DNA from: a virus
Lineage: Duplodnaviria > Caudoviricetes
Reading direction: 5' to 3' (one strand)
Length of the DNA stretch: 53,394 bases
IMG/VR virus record: IMGVR_UViG_3300021425_002207
Span: 1-53,394 of that record
A program made the translations under genes and the position numbers. The notes under the pieces are model-generated. The model had not been told where the DNA came from. It did no database searches and worked only from the letters and a program-made list of their open reading frames with translations. Position 1 is the first letter of the stretch. Every line of letters begins with the position of its first letter. Below are positions 26,694 through 36,578 of the stretch, one piece after another.

Positions 26694-28031
26694 ATGAGTT
26701 ATCTAGTAGAGTCTATCACTGTAGGTGAAGTTGGTGAAAAGAACGTTGAAATTCGTGATTCGGTCACTGACTTAACGTTTGCTTTGAGTGCTTCGTCTGT
26801 CAGCGAAATCAAAGTGACTGTTCACGACCCCGGCTTCAAGATGCACAACAGTAACTACTTTATGATTGGCCGTAGAGTGGTTTACGATAAAGTCGCATAC
26901 GAAATTTCTGCCGTGGAAGTTAAGCACGGTCGTCGTGACTCCTGCATGTTCACTGCACGTTTGGAAGCAACCCAGAAACTTCGTAGAGAAAAAGGACAGC
27001 AAAACTTCGGCGCTATTTCACCGACCACGTTTGCTTCAGGTGCAGCACAACGAGTTGGGCTAAAGTTCTTTGGGGAGAGTTCTCCGGTAGACGGCCAAAT
27101 TTTGAGAGAGTCAACCGACAACAAAGACGAGTCCACGATGGACGTTTTGCAGCGTTTGTGTCGTGACCTTGACTTTATGTGTTTTGAAGCGAAAGGTATC
27201 CTGTTTTTTGCTTCGCAAGATTTTATCATGGAGAATCAGGCTTCTCTAAATATCAACGTTCCATCGGAAGAAACCGATGCGTTCTTTGCTTCTTCTTTGA
27301 GTGCCCGCCGCACGACAGACGGAAGGTCTGCGGCTACTATGAATGCGCAACTTATCAAAAACGAGTCGTCTTTGTCGATTTATCCGGGGGCTGTTGTGGA
27401 AATAACAGGGTTGGATCATTTCACTACGTTCATGGTTGATAAAGTGAACTATAATGCGTCCCCGTCTGCTTTGGTCGCTATTTCTGGTTCTTCACCTGAA
27501 GAGGACGGCGAGGCCGCTTGCGCACTTCAGTCTTTCACGCAAGGTGCTAAGGGTGACTGTGTGAAGCGTATTCAGCAGGCTATCGGCACGACTGCTGACG
27601 GTATTTGGGGGCCGGTCACTCAGCGTTTCGTGTTGTCGTTCCAGAAAGCAAACAACCTGCCTGCCGATGGTGTGTGGAATGCCGATGACTGGGCTGAGAT
27701 TAAGACAGATGATTATGTCAGAGGCTCTTCAGGGTTCGTGGCTACGACCACCACGACGACTTCTACTATTAAGATTTCAGACATATTCTATGCGGACAAG
27801 GTTGTCAATGGTTCTAAGGGTTGGGAGTATGTTCGTGCGAATCAGAGACTGCCTTTGCCTTATCCATGGAACTACGGTAACTTTAAAACAGACGAATACG
27901 TTGGTGTTAACTATATGATGACTCAGTGGCTCAGGTACTTGAACAATCATATTCCTCCGAGGGAGTACGCTGAGGAAGCAGCAAAGGTTCGTAACGCCGG
28001 TGTAACGCCCGGAGCAGGACAGCCATGGTAG
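26694..28031 (+). CDS. Baseplate hub (late control D-like) with PG-binding domain
   Basis: ES..DVLQRL...L.F.CFE..G.LFFAS and PG..VEI.GL..F; PG-binding GAKGDCVKRIQ..TADGIWGPVT..FQ..N.LPADGV. Confidence 0.75.
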   Translation: MSYLVESITVGEVGEKNVEIRDSVTDLTFALSASSVSEIKVTVHDPGFKMHNSNYFMIGRRVVYDKVAYEISAVEVKHGRRDSCMFTARLEATQKLRREKGQQNFGAISPTTFASGAAQRVGLKFFGESSPVDGQILRESTDNKDESTMDVLQRLCRDLDFMCFEAKGILFFASQDFIMENQASLNINVPSEETDAFFASSLSARRTTDGRSAATMNAQLIKNESSLSIYPGAVVEITGLDHFTTFMVDKVNYNASPSALVAISGSSPEEDGEAACALQSFTQGAKGDCVKRIQQAIGTTADGIWGPVTQRFVLSFQKANNLPADGVWNADDWAEIKTDDYVRGSSGFVATTTTTTSTIKISDIFYADKVVNGSKGWEYVRANQRLPLPYPWNYGNFKTDEYVGVNYMMTQWLRYLNNHIPPREYAEEAAKVRNAGVTPGAGQPW

Positions 28032-28043
28032 ACGGAGGTAATC

Positions 28044-31000
28044 ATGTCTCGTAGAACAAGTAGAAACAATTCTTACACTAGTGGTATAAGCCCGTCTGGG
28101 TTCTATATTGCTGACGTGGTTGCTGTTGATGGCGGCTATGTTTCGGTGAAGGTCCCACGTTTAGGTTTGAACAACATTTACGAAAATGTTCCTTTTACCG
28201 GTTTTACTCCTTCTGTGGGTGACCGTATTTGGGTTTCTTTCGTAGAAGGCAAGGCTTCTCATCTGTTGGGCTTTGTTGGTGCTGGCGATACGGGAACCGA
28301 TATTACGGAGATTATTGCCGGTCTTGGTTTGAGCGGTGGCGGTAGCGGTGGTTCGATAACTGTTGATTTTGAGCCAAGTGAACTAACCACCGCCACTTTA
28401 GCATACGAAGATAAAGTAGTCATTAGTGATGCTAGCGACGGCGGAGAACCTAAACTCGTTCCTATCTCTGAAGTGATCACAACTGCTAATGGTGACGGTG
28501 GTGAACCTATCGGCCATGAAGATAAATCTGAGAGCGTTATCTCTTTTGATCATTCCACGAGAACTTTCACTATTGCTCCCGTAGGTGATAGTTATGTGGT
28601 TTGGTGTGCCGGTCAGAAGTTTGTTAAGACTGCTTCTGAGAGCGTAGTTATTGGTAGTTCTTCAGATTTGTACTATATTTCGTTTGACGCTGACGGCGTG
28701 TTGCAGGCTACTACGACATTTTACCAGTGGGATTCAGAAACCCCTACTGCCTACATTCATTACAACTCTGGCGAGCCTGCTAAGTACATGCTGTTTGATG
28801 AGCGGCACGGTATTGTTTTGGATTGGCAGACTCATGAGTATTTGCACCGGACCCGTGGAGCGGCGATTGCTAATGGCTTTGATGCGTCTAATTTTGATGT
28901 TTCTACACAGAATGGTAGCACTGACGATCAGGCGTATATTGATATTGCTGATGGCACGTTCTTTGATGAGGACTTGCAGGTAGACATTGTTCATTCTAAC
29001 ACTCCCACGGCGAATACTTGGGAGCAGGATTTGCAGGGGCCTGCTCAGATTCCTGTGTTTTATCAGAGTGGTACTACTGGGTGGACTTATGATGCTCCCA
29101 CTAACTTTCCTTTGAAGTATGGCGGCACTCCTAGTCCGACTTATAATTTGAATTCTGGTGGCACGTGGAGCACTCCTGAGATCACTTCAAACAATTACGG
29201 TATTAGTTGGATTGTGGCGACTAATCAGTTGAATTACCCTGTTATTGCGATTATGGGTCAAGACTTTTATACCAATTTGGGTGATGCTGAGGCGGTGACT
29301 TGGGATTCGATGAATCTTGACGATTTGCCTGTGGTTGAGTTGCGGGTGTTGTATAAGGTTGTTTATCGTGCTTCTGGGTCGAACACTCCGGGCGCTTATT
29401 TTGTTGAGGTTGATGATTATCGTAGGGCGTTGTCGTCTGCTACGAGCACTGCTGCGGCTGTGGTGGATCATGGTAATTTGACTGGTTTGGGTGATGATGA
29501 TCATACTCAGTATTTGTTGGTTGATGGTAGTCGTTCAGCGACTAACTTGTTTGTTAGTGATGCTAGCAGTTTCAATGTAGATGTTACTGACTCAACGTAT
29601 GTTCGTATTGGTAACACTAGTTCGTCTGCCGACGAGTTTGAGATGGTTTCTCTAGGTTCAATGGACTTTGTTATTGATTCCAACGATAACTCCACGGGTA
29701 AAACATTCCAGTGGGTGACAAACGGCGGTAAAGGTGCTGGCACTACTCTGATGACTTTGACTGATTTAGGTGTGTTGACTCTAGGTAGTGATCGTGTTCT
29801 TACCGTTGCTGATGAAGGTACAGGCAATGGTCTTGATGCTGACACTGTAGATGGAATTCAAGCATCTTCTTTCTTGCGGTCAGATGTTGCTGATACTGCA
29901 ACTGGACAGATTACTTTTACCGGAAATGTAGTAATTGATAATAGTACAGTCAATACTATTACTTTGTACACTGAAGCGCCGGGAGCAAAAATTGCGGATA
30001 CCTTCACTGACAACACTACGTACAAGTCGTACATTAGTTTTAGTGCTGGTTCAAACTCTAACGACCCCGGATATATCATGCATGAAACGTCGAACTTGAC
30101 TTCGCCAGATGAAAGAAATGAAGGCGTTCTACATATAGTCCCCTCAGATGATAACCAATACGGCGACTACGTTTCTATCCACGGAACAAATGATCCCGAC
30201 TCTGTAAGGATTCATACAAACGGTGCGTTTGAGGGTGTTGCATCTATTAACGGGCTAGGTATTCACAGCGGGCGCAACAACGAAGTCAACAAAATTGTTC
30301 GGACTGATGGTAGCGGCTACATCCAAGCAGGCTGGATTAACACCACCAGTGGCGGTCATTCAGGTACGGTTAATCGTATTTATGCTTCCAACGACGCTTA
30401 TATCCGTTACATGACACCTGCAAACTTCAGGGCGTCTGTTACAGACGGTGTGTATGCTGCTGCGTCGCACTCGCACTCCTACATCTCTACATCATCGACG
30501 CAGAGCAGTAATCTATATATCCGAAATTCCTCTCCAACGATCTATATGCGAGATACTGATCATCGGGCGGCAATGCTTCACCAAAATTCACACATCTTTT
30601 ACGTGTTGAGGGCGTCGGGCAACGATTCGACAACGTGGCAGACTACACAGGGCGAATGGCCTCTAGTTGTGAGAGTGGACAACAACGAAGTTGTGGCAGG
30701 CGGACAGGTAAGAGTACCTAACATGGATGGTACCGGCTCGTATAACACTGTGAGGTATAACACTTCTAATGGTCACCTTATGCAGTTCACCTCATTGGCC
30801 GAGTACAAGACTGATGTAGTAGAAATTAATGCCATTTTGGGTTCATTAAATGAGCGTTCGCTACTTCACGATTTGCGTCCCATTTTGTTCCATGAAGATC
30901 AAGAAACAGCGAACACACGAGGTGAGTACATTCCCGGTTTCATTGCTGAGGAAGTCCATGAGGTAGCCCCAGAGTTGACGTATTATGACAAAAACGGCGA

Positions 31001-31247
31001 ATTGATATCTTATTCTCCTGAAGCGTTGGTTCCTCATCTTGTTGCTGAGATTCAACGGCTGAATGGTATGGTTGAAGAACTGTATCAAAGCGCTCATCCT
31101 GACTGGACGCCTCCGCAACCTCGTCCGTTAGATCGTGGCGCTGCCGAGAAGGCTGTTTTTGATGCTGGTGCTGCTTATACGGTAGCGAATCCAGTGGTGA
31201 TTCCTCCACCAAATGTTCCTATTGAGCCAGAAGAACCCACAGAATAG
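28044..31247 (+). CDS. Baseplate spike (gp5/VgrG-like OB-fold N-terminus) fused to a fibre with a C-terminal S74 intramolecular chaperone
   Basis: N-terminal V.VKVPRL...PSVGDRIWVSFVEG; C-terminal TS...YK.DV..I, LRPILF, GFIAEEVHEVAPEL, LV.EIQ.L coiled coil. Confidence 0.75.
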   Translation: MSRRTSRNNSYTSGISPSGFYIADVVAVDGGYVSVKVPRLGLNNIYENVPFTGFTPSVGDRIWVSFVEGKASHLLGFVGAGDTGTDITEIIAGLGLSGGGSGGSITVDFEPSELTTATLAYEDKVVISDASDGGEPKLVPISEVITTANGDGGEPIGHEDKSESVISFDHSTRTFTIAPVGDSYVVWCAGQKFVKTASESVVIGSSSDLYYISFDADGVLQATTTFYQWDSETPTAYIHYNSGEPAKYMLFDERHGIVLDWQTHEYLHRTRGAAIANGFDASNFDVSTQNGSTDDQAYIDIADGTFFDEDLQVDIVHSNTPTANTWEQDLQGPAQIPVFYQSGTTGWTYDAPTNFPLKYGGTPSPTYNLNSGGTWSTPEITSNNYGISWIVATNQLNYPVIAIMGQDFYTNLGDAEAVTWDSMNLDDLPVVELRVLYKVVYRASGSNTPGAYFVEVDDYRRALSSATSTAAAVVDHGNLTGLGDDDHTQYLLVDGSRSATNLFVSDASSFNVDVTDSTYVRIGNTSSSADEFEMVSLGSMDFVIDSNDNSTGKTFQWVTNGGKGAGTTLMTLTDLGVLTLGSDRVLTVADEGTGNGLDADTVDGIQASSFLRSDVADTATGQITFTGNVVIDNSTVNTITLYTEAPGAKIADTFTDNTTYKSYISFSAGSNSNDPGYIMHETSNLTSPDERNEGVLHIVPSDDNQYGDYVSIHGTNDPDSVRIHTNGAFEGVASINGLGIHSGRNNEVNKIVRTDGSGYIQAGWINTTSGGHSGTVNRIYASNDAYIRYMTPANFRASVTDGVYAAASHSHSYISTSSTQSSNLYIRNSSPTIYMRDTDHRAAMLHQNSHIFYVLRASGNDSTTWQTTQGEWPLVVRVDNNEVVAGGQVRVPNMDGTGSYNTVRYNTSNGHLMQFTSLAEYKTDVVEINAILGSLNERSLLHDLRPILFHEDQETANTRGEYIPGFIAEEVHEVAPELTYYDKNGELISYSPEALVPHLVAEIQRLNGMVEELYQSAHPDWTPPQPRPLDRGAAEKAVFDAGAAYTVANPVVIPPPNVPIEPEEPTE

Positions 31248-31274
31248 TTTAGTTAAACTTTATATAATACGGGG

Positions 31275-31302
31275 TTGACATTTACCTCCATTCTGGTAGA
31301 AT
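31275..31302 (+). promoter_or_regulatory. Sigma70-type promoter
   Basis: TTGACA-16-TAGAAT with a TG extension. Confidence 0.6.
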
Positions 31303-31338
31303 AATAAGACATGTTTATAACTGATGAAGGAGGTAGAC

Positions 31339-32127
31339 ATGTCCTATCAAAATAGACCGTTACTAATTCTATTTATTTTTACGGCATCACTAGTTTCGCT
31401 GGGATTTGTGAAAGATTCAATTCAAGCAGTGGACGATTCAGATTCAGCCTACGAGGCAATCGAAGTTCAGACTGTCGTGCCGGTAACGTGGGAAGTTGAA
31501 CTTCCTGCCATTCTTGAAACAACCACAACTGTAGCACAAGAATCTGATCCTGCCCCTAACTACACGCCAGCCGCACATGTAGACTTTATGGCACTAGAGC
31601 CTGTGCTCACAGTTCTGTTAGACGAGTACATGTGGGGTAACGGGGGCAATGTAGAAGAACTACAAGAGTTCTTGGGCGTTACGGTAGACGGCGACTACGG
31701 GCCTCAAACCCGAACGGCTCATGTTAAGTTGCTAGAAGGTATGGGGTGGAGCACGGACAATGTTCCCAATGCGCCTTCCACGGGGTCGTCTATCACGTAT
31801 AACCCGAACGCTACTCCTCAGTGTACCGAGTGGTGGGATACGGCTAGGGCGGCTGGTTGGGCAGAAGATCGTCTGCCTAGGTTGGGTAGAATTATGTTTG
31901 CTGAGAGCCGCTGTACGCACGATGTGGTTTCTCCGACCAAGGATTACGGTTTGACTCAGATCAACTGGGCGGCTCACGGCAGTAGGCTTACAGATGCTGA
32001 TATCACTCGTGATATGTTATTGGACCCTTACATTAACTTGGTGCAGGCAAAGTGGATTGCGGACTACGCCGAGCAACACTACGGTTGCTGGAGTCAGCCG
32101 TGGTACATGTCTGGCGATTGGTGCTAA
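31339..32127 (+). CDS. Membrane-anchored or secreted lytic transglycosylase-like protein with PG-binding domain
   Basis: N-terminal hydrophobic helix LLILFIFTASLVSLGFV; LQEFLGVTVDGDYGPQT; IMFAESRC..DYGLTQIN..DP..N...W. ATG 31339 follows AAGGAGG. Confidence 0.8.
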   Translation: MSYQNRPLLILFIFTASLVSLGFVKDSIQAVDDSDSAYEAIEVQTVVPVTWEVELPAILETTTTVAQESDPAPNYTPAAHVDFMALEPVLTVLLDEYMWGNGGNVEELQEFLGVTVDGDYGPQTRTAHVKLLEGMGWSTDNVPNAPSTGSSITYNPNATPQCTEWWDTARAAGWAEDRLPRLGRIMFAESRCTHDVVSPTKDYGLTQINWAAHGSRLTDADITRDMLLDPYINLVQAKWIADYAEQHYGCWSQPWYMSGDWC

Positions 32128-32219
32128 ATACCTAATTTAACCAAGTTAACCATTTTGGCTAACTATTCTTACTAGAATATAAGTGATTACATAACTTCTA
32201 GTGAAAGGTATTCCCCGAC

Positions 32220-33182
32220 ATGGCAAAACGACCCTATACTGGCTGGGACCGGAACAGTTCTGGTAGGCGTGCAGGTACTGAAGCACTTATCAAACAAATT
32301 AATTTTTGGAGTGGTGGGGGCTTGTGGAATAATGGTTCTTGGTTGGTTAGGCCGATGAGAGGAAAAAGTAATCCAAGTGTTCACGGAACGGGCCGTGCTT
32401 TTGATGTTTCTTGGCGTGGCGGAAAATATGGTGGATACGGAAACTACGATGAAGCAAAAGTTTGGTATGACTTTTTCTGTGAGCACGCAGATGAACTAGA
32501 GATTGAAGCGGTTTTCGATTATTACCCTAGCCCTTACGGACGAGGCTACAAGTGTGATAGAGACGCTACAGTCGTGTATTCACGCAAAGCGTTCTCTGGT
32601 GTTCCCAAAGGGGATTGGTTGCACTTAGAAATTTCAAATAAATATGCCGATGATGCCGATTTCTATAATGAAAAGATGCCAGAGTTGATCGCAGGTATCA
32701 AGCCTGAGGCTCCGGCTAAGCCCGCTCCTGTGGAAGATGCTCCGGCTGTCGTAGATAACCCGACCGGTGAAGATTATCCCGGTCACCCGATTGACAAGGG
32801 CCATGAACATAAAGACGAAGTAAAGATGGTTCAGTCCAAGATTGGTGCCACAGTTGACGGCGATTTTGGACCTAAGACCGAAGCCGCAGTTAAGGCTTGG
32901 CAGAAAGCCAATGGCCTTACCGCAGACGGTGTAGTTGGCCCCGTGACTTGGAAAGCCATGTTTGGTGAAGAAAAGAAGACCACCCGTGAGTACCCCGGAA
33001 CTCCTCTCAAGGTCGGCTCCGAAGGTGACGACGTTAGAGCAGTGCAGGCTGTCGTAGACGCCCACGTTGATGGAGACTTCGGTCCAAAGACTGAAGCGTC
33101 TGTTAAAGAATGGCAGGAAGCCAATGGTCGGCTCGCTGATGGTATTGTTGGACCTAAAACATGGAAAGCGATGTTTGACTGA
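32220..33182 (+). CDS. Endolysin: M15-like Zn peptidase plus two PG-binding domains
   Basis: SVHGTGRAFD and WLHLE motifs; two VDGDFGPKTEA.VK.WQ.ANG..ADG.VGP.TWKAMF repeats. Confidence 0.85.
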   Translation: MAKRPYTGWDRNSSGRRAGTEALIKQINFWSGGGLWNNGSWLVRPMRGKSNPSVHGTGRAFDVSWRGGKYGGYGNYDEAKVWYDFFCEHADELEIEAVFDYYPSPYGRGYKCDRDATVVYSRKAFSGVPKGDWLHLEISNKYADDADFYNEKMPELIAGIKPEAPAKPAPVEDAPAVVDNPTGEDYPGHPIDKGHEHKDEVKMVQSKIGATVDGDFGPKTEAAVKAWQKANGLTADGVVGPVTWKAMFGEEKKTTREYPGTPLKVGSEGDDVRAVQAVVDAHVDGDFGPKTEASVKEWQEANGRLADGIVGPKTWKAMFD

Positions 33183-33397
33183 TGAAAGAAAAGATTATGT
33201 ACGTCCTCGCAGTCGGCGTGATGGCTTGTATTCTAGTGGCCATCATTGGTGACTATGTAGTGGCATCTTTTGAGACTTTTGAAACTGGTGAGCCGGTTGA
33301 TGTGTCGTCTGACGTAATGACTCTTGTGCAGACAGCACTTGGTGGCGTAATCGGTATCATTGGCGGTTACTTTGGTGCTAAAGGCTCAAAGGATTAA
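33182..33397 (+). CDS. Putative holin (two TM helices)
   Basis: 71 aa with two hydrophobic segments and a GGYFGAK tail; coupled to the endolysin stop codon. Confidence 0.65.
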   Translation: MKEKIMYVLAVGVMACILVAIIGDYVVASFETFETGEPVDVSSDVMTLVQTALGGVIGIIGGYFGAKGSKD

Positions 33398-33756
33398 TGC
33401 GGTTTTTCTACGAAGCCAGTATTGATAGAATCGTAGACGGCGATACAGTTGATCTTATCATTGATTTAGGTTTTGATGTCTCGTACAAAGCCCGTGTACG
33501 ACTTCACGGCGTCAACACTCCTGAAACCCGTACCCGAGACCTAGAGGAAAAGGCGTTAGGTCTTGCTGCTAAAGAGTACGTGTCTGATTGGCTTGCGGAA
33601 CACGACACAGTGTACGTTAGAACCATTAAAGATGGTAGCGGTAAGTATGGTAGGATTCTAGGCTACATTTACTCGGATGCACTTATGTCGCACTGCCTAA
33701 ATGACGACATTATTGATTCTGGTCATGGTGAGTCGTATTATGGCGGTAAGCGTTAG
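33397..33756 (+). CDS. Thermonuclease (SNase-like)
   Basis: RIVDGDTVD, RVRLHGVNTPE, GKYGRILGYI. Confidence 0.9.
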   Translation: MRFFYEASIDRIVDGDTVDLIIDLGFDVSYKARVRLHGVNTPETRTRDLEEKALGLAAKEYVSDWLAEHDTVYVRTIKDGSGKYGRILGYIYSDALMSHCLNDDIIDSGHGESYYGGKR

Positions 33757-33793
33757 GCTTGACACTCCTACGGAGTTAGACTAGAATACTGCT

Positions 33794-34309
33794 ATGGATA
33801 AAAAAGTTGTTCAACACGCTGTGTCCTCCGTGCCCATCCCTAAACGGGCAGACGCTACTAGACGTGCCGTTGAGTTACTTGTGGCAAAAGACGGAGTTTT
33901 CAGGACGAGCGAAAAGTGGGTGTACGCTAGTTTACGTGACCTGATTGATTCAGGACATATCAAGGTATCAGGAACCACCTTGTCTGTGGGCGCTGATTTT
34001 GAAAGCCACTTACTTAAGATGTCTGATATCGACGCAGCGTATACTCCTATTTTGCGTGATTATCGTCGTGCGATTTCAGAAAAGGTCAGCGAGTACAACG
34101 TATCTAGTGATGCGGTAATGGATAAGATTGCTGCCATGCCGAACACTGATGAGAAGATTATTTATTTGACCAGTGTTCTTGCTGATGCTTACGGCAAGTT
34201 AGAGAAGGCTTTGGAGAAGACAGCAAAGTTGGAAGCGACGTTACACGAACTGGACATTTCGTTGTCCGTTATGGAATCTATGACGTTCGATGAGAATACT
34301 GACGGCTAA
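33794..34309 (+). CDS. Hypothetical protein with C-terminal coiled coil, leaderless
   Basis: TTGACA-17-TAGAAT ends 6 nt before the ATG. Confidence 0.75.
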   Translation: MDKKVVQHAVSSVPIPKRADATRRAVELLVAKDGVFRTSEKWVYASLRDLIDSGHIKVSGTTLSVGADFESHLLKMSDIDAAYTPILRDYRRAISEKVSEYNVSSDAVMDKIAAMPNTDEKIIYLTSVLADAYGKLEKALEKTAKLEATLHELDISLSVMESMTFDENTDG

Positions 34310-34532
34310 TGCTCGGGTTTTGTTGGCGGTGTTAGAGCACCCTGATAAGAGTCAGCGAGAAATTGCGAAGATGCTTAATATGCATTATCAACATGTTTGG
34401 CGAGCACTGGACAGGCTTGTTAAAGAAAATATATTAGAAAAGCACAGAGAGAATAGGAGAACATACTTTGTTGCGGCGGAAGGCTTTTGGGAGATTGAAG
34501 ACATCAAGCGCCTAAAGGCTTGCGTTATTTAA
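34290..34532 (+). CDS. Winged-helix DNA-binding protein
   Basis: ARVLLAVLEHPDKSQREIAKMLNM....VWRALDRLVKENILEK.R..RRTYF. Confidence 0.8.
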   Translation: MRILTANARVLLAVLEHPDKSQREIAKMLNMHYQHVWRALDRLVKENILEKHRENRRTYFVAAEGFWEIEDIKRLKACVI

Positions 34533-34555
34533 CCGAGTGTGTTATACTTACAGAG

Positions 34556-35317
34556 ATGGCAAAGATACTTTATTACGATATAGAGACCGCACCGAACCTT
34601 AGTTTCGTGTGGGGACAATTTGAACAGAATGTGATTGAGCACGAGCGAGAATGGTACATGCTTTGTGTTTCCTACCGATGGGAACACGAGAATAAGACAC
34701 ATGTAACTTCGCTTGTTGACTTTCCTTCCGCATACAAGAAGGACCCAGAGAACGACTACCATGTAGTTAAGAAGTTGTGGGACTTGATTGATGAGGCAGA
34801 CGTAGTTATTGCTCACAACGGCGACAAGTTCGACATGCGAAAGGCTAACGCACGCTTCGTTGCCCACGACTTAGGACCGGCTTCGCCTGTAAAGCAGGTT
34901 GACACGCTTAAGGTTGCACGTCGGTACTTCATGTTTAACAGCAATAAGTTAGACCATTTGGGCGCACACTTAGGTCTTGGCCGCAAGGTTGACACAGGTG
35001 GCTTTGAAACATGGGCTGGCTGTATGCGTGGCGATATGAAGTTTTGGAAACTTATGACAAAGTACGCTAAGCAGGATGTTGACTTGCTACGAAAGGTCTA
35101 TATGAAGTTGCGTCCTTGGATGACAAACCATCCGAATCTCAATATTTTCGATGGCACAGATGGTTGCCCGACTTGTGGGTCTCGTAGGCTTCAGAAGCGT
35201 GGTACTCGTCGGACACAGGTGGCTATCTATCAACAGTATCAGTGCAACAATTGCAAGGCTTACTCAAGGGAGCGGTTGTCTAACTCTGATCACATCAAGC
35301 CCGAGATTGTACCCTGA
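34556..35317 (+). CDS. DEDD (DnaQ/RNase_H_2-like) 3'-5' exonuclease with C-terminal Zn ribbon
   Basis: YDIET, AHNGDKFD, DTLK, NKLD, YAKQDV; CPTCGS...CNNC. Start revised to the leaderless ATG 34556 after TTGCGT-17-TATACT. Confidence 0.88.
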   Translation: MAKILYYDIETAPNLSFVWGQFEQNVIEHEREWYMLCVSYRWEHENKTHVTSLVDFPSAYKKDPENDYHVVKKLWDLIDEADVVIAHNGDKFDMRKANARFVAHDLGPASPVKQVDTLKVARRYFMFNSNKLDHLGAHLGLGRKVDTGGFETWAGCMRGDMKFWKLMTKYAKQDVDLLRKVYMKLRPWMTNHPNLNIFDGTDGCPTCGSRRLQKRGTRRTQVAIYQQYQCNNCKAYSRERLSNSDHIKPEIVP

Positions 35318-35329
35318 TATAGTTTAACT

Positions 35330-35569
35330 ATGCTTACATCAGAATATCTCTACAGTCAGACTCCAGACAGGCTGTTTGTTCATCGTGACTCTGAAACGTG
35401 GTATGCGTTTTACGACAAGGCGTTGTCTGTGTTGACTAATGCTGAAGGAGAACTGCGTTCGTTTTCGTATGATACTAAATCTGAGTATCGTGACGTTCGT
35501 AGGCACATTGTAGAAGAGTATAATTTAATAGATACTAAGGTTTACAATTATAATGAAGATTATAGGTAA
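35330..35569 (+). CDS. Hypothetical protein (79 aa), leaderless
   Basis: TGATATAGT extended -10 ends 6 nt before the ATG. Confidence 0.6.
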   Translation: MLTSEYLYSQTPDRLFVHRDSETWYAFYDKALSVLTNAEGELRSFSYDTKSEYRDVRRHIVEEYNLIDTKVYNYNEDYR

Positions 35570-36578
35570 GGGTTACACCTTTGATGATGTTCTGCTGGTT
35601 CCTAAGTTTTCTGAAGTTAGGAGCCGTGCAGAAGTTGATCTTTCGCTAACTTTAGGTAAAGTTGAGATGCGCATACCTATTGTTGCTGCGAATATGGATA
35701 CAGTTTGCGGGCCTGAGATGGCAAGCGCTCTTGATTCTTTAGGCGGTTTCGGTGTCGTTCACAGGAACATGCCGGTTGTTGGCGATATAACTACTGGCAG
35801 GTTTGGATGTGTTGCAGGCAGGACTATCCGTTCAGCCGTTGCATTCGGCGTGAATGATGATTTAGACGCTGTTATCCAACAGGCAAACTCGTGGAGGACG
35901 AAGATTCTAGTGCTTGATATTGCCCACGGTCATAGTGCTCATGCCCTCAAGGCATTGCAGTATGTGATGTCTGAAATTGACCACGAGGCTACTTTCATTG
36001 GCGGCAATGTCGCTACTGCACAGGCGGTAGAAGATTTCGCCAAGATCGGTACAGATGTAGTTAAGATTGGCATTGGTCCCGGAAGTGTGTGTTCTACTCG
36101 TGTGGTTGCCGGTGTGGGCGTTCCTCAGTTGACTGCTATTGCGGAATGTTCTGCGGCGGCTGATGCTTTAGGTATCCAGACGATTGCTGACGGTGGGATT
36201 AAGACTCCGGGCGATGCTGCTAAGGCTCTTGCCGCTGGCGCTGATGCTGTTATGATTGGGGGCATGTTTGCTGGCACTAAGGAGTCTCCCGGAAAGACAG
36301 TTACGCTTGATGATGGATCAAAAGTTAAGGTGCATAGAGGGATGGCTTCTTCGGAAGCGGGTTCCGCCTACCCTGAGGGGGTTGAAGGCGTTGTTCCGGT
36401 GACAGGTCCGGTAAGCGATGTTGTTGAGTCGATTTTGCGTGGCATTCGGTCAGCGTGTAGTTATGTGGGGGCTAGTTCTTTGAAGGATTTTGCGAACAAG
36501 TCAGAATTTATCGAAATCTCGCCCTCCGGGTTGCGAGAGTCTGCCCCACATGATATAATGAACGCTAACTTATGGTAA
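35553..36578 (+). CDS. IMP dehydrogenase/GMP reductase family protein without CBS domains
   Basis: [64 protein letters not shown]. Confidence 0.9.
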   Translation: MKIIGKGYTFDDVLLVPKFSEVRSRAEVDLSLTLGKVEMRIPIVAANMDTVCGPEMASALDSLGGFGVVHRNMPVVGDITTGRFGCVAGRTIRSAVAFGVNDDLDAVIQQANSWRTKILVLDIAHGHSAHALKALQYVMSEIDHEATFIGGNVATAQAVEDFAKIGTDVVKIGIGPGSVCSTRVVAGVGVPQLTAIAECSAAADALGIQTIADGGIKTPGDAAKALAAGADAVMIGGMFAGTKESPGKTVTLDDGSKVKVHRGMASSEAGSAYPEGVEGVVPVTGPVSDVVESILRGIRSACSYVGASSLKDFANKSEFIEISPSGLRESAPHDIMNANLW

